From Vicugna vicugna (lineage: Eukaryota): a DNA stretch of 64,000 nucleotides. The DNA is taken from contig MU058233.1 in the NCBI GenBank assembly GCA_013265495.1, positions 719,038 to 783,037 on the forward strand, given 5' to 3'. Shown in pieces: positions 38,994 through 51,635 of this stretch (positions are counted from its first letter, which is position 1; every line of letters begins with the position of its first letter). A program made the translations under genes and the position numbers. Under the pieces are notes generated by a model. It was not told the origin of the DNA. It made no database searches and worked only from the letters and a program-made list of their open reading frames with translations.

Positions 38994-39126
38994 CTCTTCT
39001 CCGCCCGATGGTCCACTCCCGTTTCCTCAGGAGGACGTGCGGCTCGCCCTCCTCGGCGCCCAGGCGGAGGAGCCTGCCCCACGGCTGCTGCTGCGGCGGC
39101 TGCTCGCCTTCCCCCGGCCGCTCCAT
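38994..39126 (-). CDS. CHFR: CHFR first coding segment (exon 2 spans 38994-39137); E3 ubiquitin ligase CHFR, 660 aa assembled
   Basis: MERPGEGEQPPQQQPWGRLLRLGAEEGEPHVLLRKREWTIGRRR. The 16 coding exons sum to 1983 nt with consistent phases. Confidence 0.96.
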
Positions 39127-39309
39127 CCGACTCACATCTGACGAGACCCGGAAACGTCGCGTGAGACCCGGACTGCAAAAGCACAGGCTGCGGCCGGCCC
39201 TCCCCGCCGCCCCCGACCCCGGGCCCGGCGCCCACGCCGCGCCGCCGCCGGCCACGCAGCCAGTCTCCCCCCGCGTCCTGCCGGTCGCCCGCGCCCGCCG
39301 CCCGCTTAC

Positions 39310-39400
39310 TCCCCGCCCCGCACCGAACCCGGAACCGGCCGCCCAGCCGCCGCCGCTGTCAACAGACATCGCGGAGCCCTCAGCTGATCCGTGGGGCGGG
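39310..39400 (-). other. CHFR: CHFR exon 1 (5'UTR; 5' boundary approximate)
   Basis: Donor GGGA|gtaagc at 39310/39309; 172-nt intron to the acceptor before 39137; sequence resembles the recalled human CHFR 5'UTR (GACAGCGGCGGCGGC...GGTTCCGGGTTCGG). Confidence 0.75.
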
Positions 39401-40063
39401 GCCAGGGGCACCTGCGCCCTGCGATTGGCCGGTGGTGGCGACTACCGAGCTCGGCGGCTAGAGCGGACCCGGGGAGAGGCCACAGAGAGTGGGCGAGTGG
39501 AGGCGAGCCGAGCGTGCGGAGACGGGAGGCTGCGGGCCTGGACGCCATCTTTGGTGCTGGCGGGGAGACTTGTTCTTGGGGGATCTCAGAAGTAACTTCG
39601 GTCAGCGCCATGTTAAGTGGGGGCAACAGGGACGAAGAAACTTGGGCGTTGGGCCGGCTCTGAAAGCCACGTTGGAAGTGCTGATGGCTTCTAGGTCCGC
39701 GAAGCGACGGCCCGCATGAGGCGATAAAAGCGGGTGGAAAGTCTGGGTGTCAGTTCCCCGCGATGGGAGAGGGGATATTGCCGGGAGAGCTCTGGAATGC
39801 GAGCGTCTCCGGCGTCCGTGGCCGGAGCAAAAGTGGGCCACGTCTCGGAGGGAGGGCGTGGGGCAGAGGCTCCTTTAACTCGGCGGTTCCGCGTCCCAGA
39901 GGAGGTGCTCCGGGGCCGCGGTGCCGGGCGGGGGAAGCGGACGTGCGCGGAGACCGATCCCAGGCCGGTGCGCAGAGAGCGGAGGAGCGTGCGGCCCAGG
40001 ACGGCGCTCGAGGGGCAGGGGTGTCTGCCTGACTGGGCCTCAGGAGGGGAGCAGGCGCCCGGT

Positions 40064-40613
40064 TGTAGAGAATAGGTGTGTCCGCGTGCCCACGACAGTG
40101 AACGTGAAAAGGCCCGAAATATGGAGCCGCTGGCACTGTCTCAAGTTCATACCCCCCCCCCCACTCCTGGGCTCTTCCTGCGCCTGGAGCCACTGACAAC
40201 TTAATCCCCAGTCCCCTCGGCAGGACCCTCCGCACACCTACATTCCTGCAGGATGAAAACCATCTCTTGGTGTGTGTTTACCCTAACAAAGCGCATCGCC
40301 CCAGGAGATAGCCCGGGTATCAATACGCTGAGCTGGCGGGTCTCACATCCTGTTCTCATTGGGGTCCTAAATCCTATTATTCAGAGTAGTTAGTCCCTGG
40401 CAGATCTTACCATCAGGTACCTGTGCATGCATTGATCATGCGGCCCCTACTGCTTGTGTGCATAGCCCCACCCACCCCATGACAGACCCCGCGCATCCAC
40501 CCCTGCGCTCACACAGGCACCTCTCCTCTGTGTGGCCCGCTGTTGCTTGTAGCAGGGTATCTGTTAAACTTTTGTCTTAGTTTCCTTTCATAAATTCTTT
40601 TACCGCCCGCAAC
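40064..40613 (+). mobile_element. Possible solo ERV LTR adjoining the CHFR CpG island
   Basis: TGT...ACA ends and a CATAAA-like signal near the 3' end; no clear TSD. Confidence 0.35.
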
Positions 40614-43600
40614 AGTGACCCACCGTGTTCTCCAACAGAGTAATATTTGGAAATGAAAGGATATTAAAACATTACTTGAAAGCATCCATCCTTTTTCAAA
40701 TGTTCACTCATTTAATCAGAAAAATTTGAATATTATATAGACAAATATGGCCTAACGTAGCATAAAATTTGTGATCTCAAGATGTGCCCAATGTGTTCAG
40801 CAAAGAGTGATCCTATCCGGATGGTTGATTTAAAAAGGTTATGAATGTCTTGATGCTCCATTTTGTTGTAAATTCTCTATACTCATATGTGATTTAAGTG
40901 TGTCATTTGTTATATATAAGTTTTTACTTTAGTTGCTAATGTACATGCGGTCTAGTGACTATAAAATGACTAAACTTAAAATGTGAAACTCATTGGATAT
41001 ATCTGACATATTTTCATGCACTTAACTATAAACGTAACTGTGTATGGGTTGTTAAAAAATGCCTTCCTAACCTCTCTTCCCAAAAAACAGATTAAAACAA
41101 TTACCAGAAAATAGTGAATGTTTTTACCCTCTGGGAATCTATAAATGTGAGACTGTTTCCATCCTTATTGTGAAGGCTGATTTTCAAGGCCATCTTACTG
41201 ATGGCTTTCCGGAGTCCTAACAAATGCAAAAGTAGCATATTGTCAAGCAACTTTGATGGTTCCTACTATATACATGAAAATACTACTAACGTGGCTGTAA
41301 ACTACAATGGAAAAACATATGAATCTTTTTATAATTTGTGCATCCAACAGAATGTAGAACATTTATTATTCCCATGTAATTTTAATTGTTAGTAATATTG
41401 AGATGAAATATTTTAATTCTTTACACATTATAGTCCACTATTGATCTTTAATTATTTTATATATAACATGTAATTTACTTACTTATATATGTATACATGT
41501 CTTAAAGAACAATATATATTTATATGTAAGACACACACACTAAGTGAAATATTTAAATGAGTTAAGAAAAACTATGGAAAAACAGCTCTCAAAATAGAAT
41601 CAAACCTTTAGCTCATACTTTATACTAACATTTTTATTGAAGAATTTCTCATGTGTTTTTATGATATTTATGCTTATTTCTATTCAAGCAACATGATTTG
41701 TAAACCTTCTTCAAAAGAGCAATCTCTCAAATTAACATCGTACACTGCACTGAGACTAGGATACAAGCTGTCCTCTGTCAGAAGTTGAGTTATTTCACTT
41801 TTTATTATTGAGTTGTAAGAATTCTTTATATATTCTGGATACAAGTTCCTTATCAGATGTATGATTTGCAAATATATTCTGTTCTGTGGGTCTTTCCACT
41901 TTCTTATGTCTTTTGAAGAACAAAAGGTTTAAATTTTGATGAAGTTCAATTTGTTTACTTTTTTTGTTGTTGTTGTGTTGCTTCTGGTGTCATATCTAAG
42001 AGTCCCTTGCCAAATCCTTTGGGACGTGAAGAGTTACTATCTTTTGCTCTAAGAGTTTTATAGTTTTATCTTGAACGCCCCTGCCATTATAGCTTTGTTG
42101 CCTGTTAACTTCATCTTGATTTTTAAAACAGAAAAGTAATTTTGGATCAATACTTATTTATATTGACCTACATATTTGTTTCAATTTCTTTCTCAAAATT
42201 GCTTCTTGAACTCTGTTCCTTCTTTGAGATTCAATTACCTGCTTACTGAAGCACATGCTTTGGTGTCCTTTGTTGGGTATTTGAGGTAATGAACTCTGTT
42301 TTAATCATTTTGTCTAAGAAGCTTATTCACCCTTATTATTTATAGATACTTATTGAAATATATGTGCAGAAAAGTGCACATGGGGTACAGATCATGAATT
42401 TCCACAAACTGAACACACCTGTGTAAGCAGCACCCAGAATAAGAAAACAAGACATCACCAGCCCCTCCACAGCCCCTGCACCCCTCGCCAGACCCTGACT
42501 TCTCTTCCAGGGGTAATCACTTTCCTGAATGGGTGAGTTTGGCCTGTTTTTAAACTTTATATAAGTGGAATTATGCTTATGTACTCTTTTGAGCATGGTC
42601 TCTTTTCTCAACATCATGTCTATTCAATTCATCCATATTGTTACATGTCATCTTAATTGTAGTTGTGAATTTTTGACTGTTTTTAAAATCCATTTAGGTG
42701 TTGGTGGATATCTGGGTCACGGCAAGTTTTGGCTACTACTCTCAGAGCTGCTACAAACATTTTTTGTTTCGGTATTTTGGTAAATATATGTGCACTTCTG
42801 ATCTTTGGAAAAACATATGTCAGATTTTACTAGGTATTGCCAAGTCGTGTTCCAAACTGGCTGCACTAATTTACACTCCTCTCAAAAGGAGGACACAAGG
42901 TAGAGAAAGACGAGGAAAGGGATGGCTGTGTTTTTCACTAGAAACCCTTATCTATCTAATCTGATCTAAACAACAAAGAAGTTTATTTCTTTTCTCACAC
43001 AGAAGTCCACAGGCATGCTGGTGTGCTGGCCCCATGAAATCACTGGACACTCCTTCTATATTTCAATTCCACCTCCCAGTGTGTGGCTTTTATCTCATGG
43101 TCAACTTATTGTCCAAGGTGGCTCCTCGAGTGTAGACGTTATCTCAAAAGTGTAGAAAGAAGAGGAGGACAGACAGGTTCTCCTACCAGCTGAGTTGGTC
43201 TTTAGACTGTTTTTACTGGGAAATTCATTTTTATTAATTTATGAGATACACATGCACATATACTATTAACCCAGTCTATCTTGTATGTGAGATACACATT
43301 TTATACCTAATCACTTGCTTTTTAACTTGTTAATTCAGAAATTAGTAGTGTTTATAGTAAAATCTCTTAGCATTTTGTTTTTGCTTTTTGTGTCATTCTT
43401 AGGCCTCTCCACTCAAGATTATAAAAATATTCATCTATATTTTTTTCCAAGTGGCTTTATATGCTAATACTTAGTGTTATTTTAAACTTGAAATCCATTT
43501 GAAATCAATTTGTTGTTATACATGAAAAGGTACTCAAATAGTTTCCTACTGGTTTAACAATTTGGACTAATGTCATGGATCAACAAAGGTTTTCATTTCC

Positions 43601-43796
43601 CACTTTCAACATATGAAAAACTCACAGAAGTGTTTCATTTGTCTGCATGTGTTTTCTAGAGATGCTTACACTGTGCTGATTCTTGCAGTTTTGTAATACG
43701 TATTGGTGTCTTTTTTAGTAGGTTCTTCCTAATTGTTCAGAAAGGAGCAACTAGAGTGGGTGGAAGTGGGAATAGACATGAAATTAAAGATGATGT

Positions 43797-43890
43797 GGGC
43801 GAGGGAAATAGCTCAGTGGTAGAGCTCATGCTTAGCATGCATAAGGTCCTGGGTTTAATCCTTGGTACCTCCGCTGGAAAAAGAAAAAGA
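43797..43890 (+). mobile_element. tRNA-derived SINE (Vic-1-like, short)
   Basis: A/B boxes. Confidence 0.8.
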
Positions 43891-44089
43891 TTATTAGAAA
43901 TGAAACAAGGACAGGATTTGGTTCCAGACTATACACCAGGAAATGAGGGTCAGGGAAAGGACTGAAATTCCTAGAATGGGAGACTGGAGGAATGTTGTTT
44001 CCAGTGACAGAATTAAGACAGAAGGATCTGCAGCTTGGGGAAGGGTGTTATGGTGAGGCAGGGACCATGTATTTCAGAATTATATTTTA

Positions 44090-44660
44090 AAAATTAAAAA
44101 TAGAATACCACACGAGCTTGTAATTCCAGTTCAGGGTATACACCCACAATAATTAAAGGCAAGGTCTCGAAGAGACAGTGGTCCACCCACGTTCACAACA
44201 GCATCATTCACAAAGCTGAAATGTGGGAACAGCCCAAGTGCCCATCAGTGGATGAATGGATAAGCAAAATGCGATGTACATATAGAGCAGAATATTCTTC
44301 AGCCTTAAAGGGAATTCTGCAATATGCTATGATATGGCTGAACGTTGAGGACTTGCTGGCCAGTGAAACAAGCCAACTGCAGAAGAACAAATACTTACGA
44401 TTCCACTTGTATGAGGTTCCTAGTGTGGTCAGATCCACAAACAGGAAGTAGAAAGGTGGTAAGCAGAGGCCGGTGGAGGGGGCTTTGGGGAGTTACTGTT
44501 TACTGGGTGGAGAACTTCAGTTTGTAAGATGAAAAGAGCTGCTGGGATGGATGGTGGTGATGGCTGCACGTTATAAGTATATTTAACACCACTGAAGTAG
44601 TCAGGATGGTACATTTTATATGTATGTTAGTACAGGTTTTAAAAATGAAAAAAAAAAAAG
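44090..44660 (+). mobile_element. Old L1M (L1MB-like) 3' fragment
   Basis: WEQPKCPSVDEWISKM ORF2 end; GATGGATGGTGGTGATGGCTGCAC tail; A tract. Confidence 0.78.
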
Positions 44661-46767
44661 AGGCCTACGTGCTACTTATTTTTCACTTTGGTCTCCTGAA
44701 GAAGTAGCTCAGAGAGGTATAATGCCTACTTGAGTCAAAACTTCTGACTGCAAGAGACAGAATGCAACCAAAGCAGAAAAGAAAACTGGGGCACAAGCAG
44801 AATTCAAGCGTGTAGACGCCTCAGGGAAAAATGGCCCAGACCACAAAGGCCATCACTGGGACTTTTCCCTACATTCACTGCTCGGCCGCTGTCCGCTTCA
44901 CTCTAAGTCTTGGGATCTGCCTTCACCCCCAACTGAAGCTAAGGCTTTCCCTACAAGGAGGAGGATGAGCAAGAGCAGCTCCACCCTCCAGTTTTCACAC
45001 TCAAAGACAGCACCCTTGCATCTGTGCAGCATCCATTTACACAGTCTTGGCAAATACATTCCTTGAGCCACACGCCCCCACACCTGGGCAGTTGCTGTGG
45101 CCAAACAGCTGCACTGGCAGTAAGGAGGGTGGGCCAGGATTGCAGCCCCCAGAACAGGAAAAATGGGCTGGACAGACACGGTTACCACCACTACAACCCC
45201 ATTTTAATTTTATAAATTGGGAAATTGGAGTTAAAGAAAATTTAACTTGTCAAAAATGACATGACAGTAAAATGGCTAGTAATGCCAATGAGAGACACCT
45301 TTCATGACCCTGACATTTTCAGACCCTCCGTCTTTCTGGCTGTCGTGGGTGTCAAGTGGCAGTAAGGACTTTGAGATACTTGAAATCGGCTGTTTTAAAC
45401 AGGGACGAATACAGCCTAATTAACAGTAGCTTAATAAAGAGCACTTCATTTCTAGGGAGTTGGAGGGGTTCAAACCCAACCCTGCCACCTGATAGCTGTG
45501 GGACCTTGGTAAACCGAAGGAGCTTTAAGTGAGCGAGGAGCTACGCGCTAAATGAGGAGACAGTAAAAGAGACCTGGAAAGCGCGAGGCACAGAGCTCAC
45601 CTAGCCCAAGCACTGCAGTACCAGTGCCGGAGTCAGTGACCGCTCACTCCTTCCAGCAGAGAACCTCTCATCTCGGTTTTTCCTGAAAGTTATGCTCTCG
45701 GTACAGCTATGAGTATCCTACTCTTAGACCGCAGAGGATCAGGGGAGTCCCCAGACTCTTCTGTGAAAAAAACAGGCTGTTTTCCTCTGCGCAGACCCCA
45801 GGCCCCAGCCAGGTGAGCTAAGGGCTGGACAGAGCATTAACGCTCAGTACTGCCAACATCTGCCTTTCCTCCATGTTAGGTGTATCTGGATTATGATGGG
45901 CTGGCACCTGCCCAGAGTTTGGATTTCGTTTGTGATCCTCATTGGAACTGAAGCTAGAGTTTATCATTCCCAGTGATCACACACATATTAATCAAACTGC
46001 TTACTCAGTACACATCTGGGCACAGAGATTCTTCCTTTTAAACACAGCCCAGAGGGAAGGGTCAGCCAACAGCCTCAACCTAACGCAGCTCCCCAGGTGC
46101 CCCTGGTCTCCAGGTGCCCCTTCAAAATGTAGACTGAATCACTTCTCGGCCTTTTGGCTAAGCTCAAGTGTAGTATATGTTCTAATCAGACTGATATCTG
46201 CCACGTCCTCTATCTGAACACAGTATACTAAACGGTTTTTGGAGCAGGGAGTTGGAATAGGTGCTTGCTCCGTCCACTCCGTGCACTGGCCTGGTATTGC
46301 AGTACCTCCAGGAGCAATGCACCAAAAGAAAACAAAAGCAGACTGAAGCGCAAATCCAGCTGAAAGAGAAAGCCCTACAGTATAGCTGGACACAATTATT
46401 CCCCTCAGATGAGGCTGGTGCGGCAGTGGGAGAGAAGGACGGGATAAGAGGAGATAAAGAAGGCTGAAATTCTTGAGAGAGCTCTGGTAACTGATGGAAG
46501 GGTGCTATCTACACCCTCTGGGCCTCGGTGATGGTCTGTTTCAGCCCAATTTATCATGCTTCATGAAGTTGTAAGTGAAGCACCCCTGTTTTAATCTTAG
46601 AAAAGCTGATTTTCATCTTGGCCTGCCGTCTGTGGTGGGAACTGCTGTGGAGCCTTTGAAGAGGTTCTCAGGAGTGATTCTAACTCCTGAAATGGGAAAT
46701 CTTGTCTCGAGTTACAGACTACGTGAACTATACAGAATAAGAAACTGAAGAATATGGAACGAGAATA

Positions 46768-46773
46768 TTTAAT
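46768..46773 (-). terminator. Candidate ZNF605 polyadenylation signal (ATTAAA)
   Basis: tttaat on plus, followed on the minus strand by U-rich sequence, ~3 kb past the ZNF605 stop. Confidence 0.3.
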
Positions 46774-49700
46774 TGCACAGCACAAAGCTTTAAAATGCGC
46801 GCACAGAAAAGTACAGTACATCAGCCCTTTCTCCACTCAGTAACTGCTTTTTTTTCCCGTCCTTACACATTTAACATAAATAACAATGCTTTCTTGTGGG
46901 GTGTTTGGCTAACCCAGAGGTAGCATAAGACTTCATAAATATTCTGGTCTCTACTTCTGAAGAACAACTGCCAGAACACCTGCACATGTGGCAGGCGGCA
47001 ACAGCCTCCAGAGCCATTTACATTTGCAGCAAAACAAAACACACAAAGAGAAAATATATCCAGTGTGGGAAATCTTGCCTGATGTCAGACTATGCTCCCA
47101 TGCACCAGGAACCGATACTCAGGATTTTGTTGAACATTCATCATTCAACATGTTACAGAAAACAAATGGTACACTCGAATTATTCGCTCAAGAACATTTA
47201 GTAAAGGGACTCCTTACAGAGTTGTGTTCAGAATTAAGAAAACCAAGCAGGGATGGTGAAGCCCCTGCAGCAGTCACCACCTTTCAGTCTGATGGGCAGG
47301 GAGAGGGAATGTGGTCAGATGGGAGCTGCAGCCCAGCCGCTCAGGACACAGACGCTGCCAGAAACGTGGTAGAGGGAGGAGGGACCCGCACTCCGACCTC
47401 TCTCTCTCCCCACTCTCTCCCGTGTGCTCATGGCTTACCAGCACCTCCCATGTTCAAACCCAAGCAGAAACCCAAGGAAGCAGTCTGGAGAGGGCAGCCT
47501 CTGGGTGCAGAGCAGAGAAAGGAGACGTGGATTCGTGGAGAATGCTTGGCACACATACGGATCCACAGTGCGGACAATTCCCACCCTGTATCTGCTGCTA
47601 CAGATACAGGTCATCCTGAGCCCCAGGGAAACAGGCTTCTGACTCAGATGACGCAGTCTGTGCGACTATTTTTAGAGTCGTACTTCAGCGCTACTGTTCC
47701 GTACACTTTACTTCTAAATAGACCATAACCCCTGATGTGTTGTCATTCCTTTGGCTTTAAGCGGTCCATTACCTGTTTAAAAGATTTTCAAATGAGAAAA
47801 AAAAAATGTCATAGTCACCCACAGAGTCACCATTTCCACTCAGCAGACTTCCTACTGCCCCCAAACTCCCTTCAGTGTGTCCTGAAGGCAGGCCGACAGA
47901 TGAGGAACACTCTCTTGATTTTGCTTTTTCTGAAGAAGTCTTTTTGGTCCTCTCTTTTGAAAGACAGTTTTGACGGGCAACTGAACTCCAGGTTCCAGGT
48001 TCCCTTCCGTAAGTTAATGATGTCACTCCGCCATCTTCTAATTTGCAGTTTCCGACCAGATGTCAGTTGTCATTCTGGTGTCTTTTCTTCTCCAGGCGTC
48101 TTCCACTTGTTTGAACACTGGGTTTCATCAGTTTGACTACCATGTCCATTGGCTTGATTTTCTTTATGTTTCTACTGTGTTGGGTTCTCTGAGCTTCTTG
48201 ACTAGGTCGAGCTACACTTTTCATGGTATTGGGTATTTTTCAGTCATTATTTGTTCACGTCCTTTTTTCTGCGCCTCCCTTCTCCCCTTCTGTGACTTAC
48301 ATCCCCACTCCGTGAGGATTACACCACTGTAATGACTTCCGTTCTCTCCCCTCCTTCCCATTCTTTTTCTGTGTGTACCACTTGGATAGTTTTTATTCTT
48401 ATTCTGCAAATTCATTGATTCCTCCCCCCCTTTTCTATGTCTAATCTGTTCTAAATTCCATCCGTATTTTTTTTTTAAATTTTCAGATGTTGTTTTCATC
48501 CTGAGAAGTTCCATTAGGGCTTAAAAAAACATATCTTCCACTTCTGGTTTCATCAAATTCATGTTTCCCTCTACTTTATATTTACAGTAGCTAATTGAAC
48601 ATCCTAGTCTACTAATCCAACCACTTCAGTCTTTCTATCTATTGACTGGTTTTCTCCTGGTTATGAGTCATTTGTTCCTGCTTCTTGGAATGCCAGTTAA
48701 GTTTCTGGAGGCCAGACCCTATGGGTCCAGGCTGGCTTTCAATCTAGGGTTAATGACTTTCACTACCAAGACGATACTCTTCTGGGAACCCTCCCTGGTG
48801 CCCACATGTTAGAAGTTGTCTCCACCAGCCTGGTGGGCACAGGAAGTGTCCCCAGCCCTGCACTGAGCTCAAGGACTCACTCAGCTGACTGCTCCTCCTG
48901 GCTGTTTCCTTTCACACACACACATGCAAGTCAGCACCAAAGCCAAAAGTTCAGGGTAAGGTGCCCCCTGGAGACTTCTGTAGCCCCCAACGCTCCCGCC
49001 AGGGAAGCTCCCTCCTACCCAGTATTTTTCCCTGCAAATTCCAGCTACTGTGGCTCCTCCAATGAGGGCCACTCGCCCCTCTCTCTTCGGTTCAGCAGGA
49101 CAGGTTTCTGCCCTGCCCTGCTGCTGGCTGCTTCCACAATGGAGCAGGCTGGGCAGCCGTTGGGCTCTCCCTACTTGGTCCACTGCTGCCAGGGGTCACG
49201 GTCCTGTGCCTGTCACACAGCTAAAAACTGCCATTTCACATATGGTACAGTTTCTGGATGTTTAAGGCGGGAGAGTCTACCTGTCCCTTGGTGCACCACC
49301 ACGGCAGGAAGCAGAAGTCTTCACACTTAACACACAGCTACCACTTAAAAATGCCTACTTTCTTACAATAACTTATATACAATGACACTTCTTTACAGGA
49401 TTATTTCAATGGGATAACACTTGTCAAGTTCTCCCAACTATTAGGACCCCGCCTCTGCACGAGCGCTCTAACATGGAATACTGTTTCCCTCGTGTGCGCT
49501 CTCTCGTTACCCTTTCCTGATGAAATCCTTCACTTGCTTGTTAGGACAGCAGCATTTTCCTCCTGTCTCAGTTTTCTAAATATTTAATCAGCTGTCACTT
49601 TTGATGGAAAGGTCTGTACTATCACAACACCGACCAGACTTCCACACCGAGGAACCATCACGATACATAACAAGCTGTGTTTTCTGGGAGAAGCCTTTCC

Positions 49701-49839
49701 TATGTTGTTCACTTGAAAAAAAAAAAAGTTCTTTTTCTGAATTCTGCATTGACAGGGCTGCTCTCCAGCTCTCGGCCTCGGAGGTGACACCGCCTGACCT
49801 CCGACGGCCTACTCTGCGTCCTCTGCTCTCACACTGTTT

Positions 49840-51635
49840 CTAGATCACATGATTCCTCTGGTGCATCATGAGCTGTGCCTTCCTGTGGAAGGTGGTCCCA
49901 CATTCACCGCATCCATAGTACTTGTCTCCTGTGTGGATTCTCTGATGCCTCATGAGGTGCGACTTCCTAGTGAAAGACTTCCCACATTCACCACACTCGT
50001 AGGGTCTCTCTCCCGTGTGAACCCTCTGATGTATTACAAGCTGTGCCTTCTCAAAGAAGGCCTTCGCACAATCATTGCATCCATAGCTTTTCTCTCCCGT
50101 GTGATTTCTCTGATGCTTAACGAGCTGTACTTTCTGAACAAAGGCTTTCCCGCACTCACCGCATTCGTAGGGTTTCTCCCCTGTATGAATTCTCTGGTGC
50201 CTAAGAAGCTGCGGCTTCCACGCAAAAGCCTTCCGACATTCACTGCACTCGAAGGGTTTCTCTCCTGTGTGGGTTCTCTGGTGATGAATGAGACTTGACT
50301 TCTCACTGAAGGTTTTCCCACATTCCCTGCACTCGTAAGGTTTCTCACCGGTATGTGTCCTCTGATGTGATATCAGGCTGGACTTCTGGGTGAAGGCTTT
50401 CCCACACGCGCTGCATTCATAAGGTTTCTCTCCAGTGTGAGTTCTTTGATGTGTCAGGAGCTGTGACTTCCCAAAGAAGGTTTTTCCACATTCAACACAT
50501 CCATAGGGTTTTTCTCCTAAATGGATTTTTTGATGTCTCATCAGTTCTGATTTCTTAAAGAAGGCCTCTTCACAACTGCTGCACTGATAGTTCTTCTCTC
50601 CTGTATGAGTTACCTGGTGTTTGACGAGCTGTGGTTTCCTGATGAAGGCTTCCCCACATTCGCTGCACTCGTAGGGCTTCTCTCCTGTGTGAATCCTCTG
50701 ATGCCTAATGAGGAGTGAGTTCCTGCTGAAGGCTTTCTTACACTCGCTACATGCATACGGTTTCTTCCCCGTGTGAATTCTCTGATGAGTAATGAGCTGT
50801 GACTTCCAAAAGAAGGCTTTTCCACAGTCACTGCATTTATAGGGTTTCTCTCCCGTGTGCGTTCTCTGATGTGTAATGAGCTTCAACTTCTGGGAGAAGG
50901 CTTTCCCACAGTCGCTGCAGCCAAAGGGCTTCTCTATTGTGTGGGTTATCTGATGCCTTTTGAGCTGTGACTTCCTGCTGAAGGCTTTCCCACAGTCACC
51001 ACATCCGTAGGGCTTCTCTCCTGTGTGGGTCCTCTGATGTAAAATGAGCAGCGACTTCCTACTGAAAGCTTTTGGACATTCCCCACAGCCATATGGCTTT
51101 TCCCCCGAATGAGTCCTCTCATGAATGGTGAGCAGTGACTTCTGGGAGAAGGCCTTCCCGCAGTCACCACAGCCATAGGGCTTCTCTCCCGTATGAGTCC
51201 TCTGATGGGCAACAAGCTGTGACTTCCTGCTGAAAACCCGGCCACACTCCAGGCATGAACAGACCCCTGCGCGTGGCGCCCGGTCTGCACGGAGCCCCGG
51301 CTCTCTGATGCTGACTCTTCCACACTTACTGTAATCAGAGTATTTTATACCACCATAGGTTCTGTCAGCTTTGATACAGAATAATAATCTCTTATGAAGC
51401 TCATCAAGTTTCTTTCTTCCACAGTTATTTTTTGGAATAAGAAAATCAAAAGGATGTTTCAAACTTTTTTCACCCATGCCACATTTAAGGGATCTCATTC
51501 CTAAATGAACAAAGTTAATGCTTGAATGAAACATTTTCCCCAGAACGTCATATCTGTGGCCTCTCTCCATACTTTTCAGCTTGTTCTGAGTATCTTGGTG
51601 CCACATTGTGAAGGTATTATGTAGTCCGACTTCTT
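49840..51635 (-). CDS. ZNF605: ZNF605 terminal exon: spacer plus 17 C2H2 zinc fingers
   Basis: KSMERGH..., FFWKSQL, FIRKPQL, FAWKPQL, FVQKVQL and C-terminal HQRNHVI match recalled ZNF605. Acceptor ttttttcctttttag before 51635. Confidence 0.93.

Larger units (their letters stand above)
38830..40060. promoter_or_regulatory. CHFR CpG-island promoter
   Basis: Dense CpG. GC box GGGGCGGGGC at ~39393, ATTGG (CCAAT) at ~39424, YY1-like CGCCATCTT at ~39543. Confidence 0.88.

Noticed and set aside
38795..39595. 266-aa plus-strand ORF
   Set aside because: Antisense to CHFR exons 1-2 in a CpG island where stops are scarce; low-complexity Pro/Arg/Ala, no domain.
46988..47728. 246-aa plus-strand ORF as a novel gene
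   Set aside because: Non-ATG start, no coherent domain and no promoter or splice support; only a faint finger-like relic, reported separately.
49849..51323. Alternative-frame and antisense ORFs over the zinc-finger array
   Set aside because: Expected shadow ORFs of 84-nt periodic C2H2 repeats.
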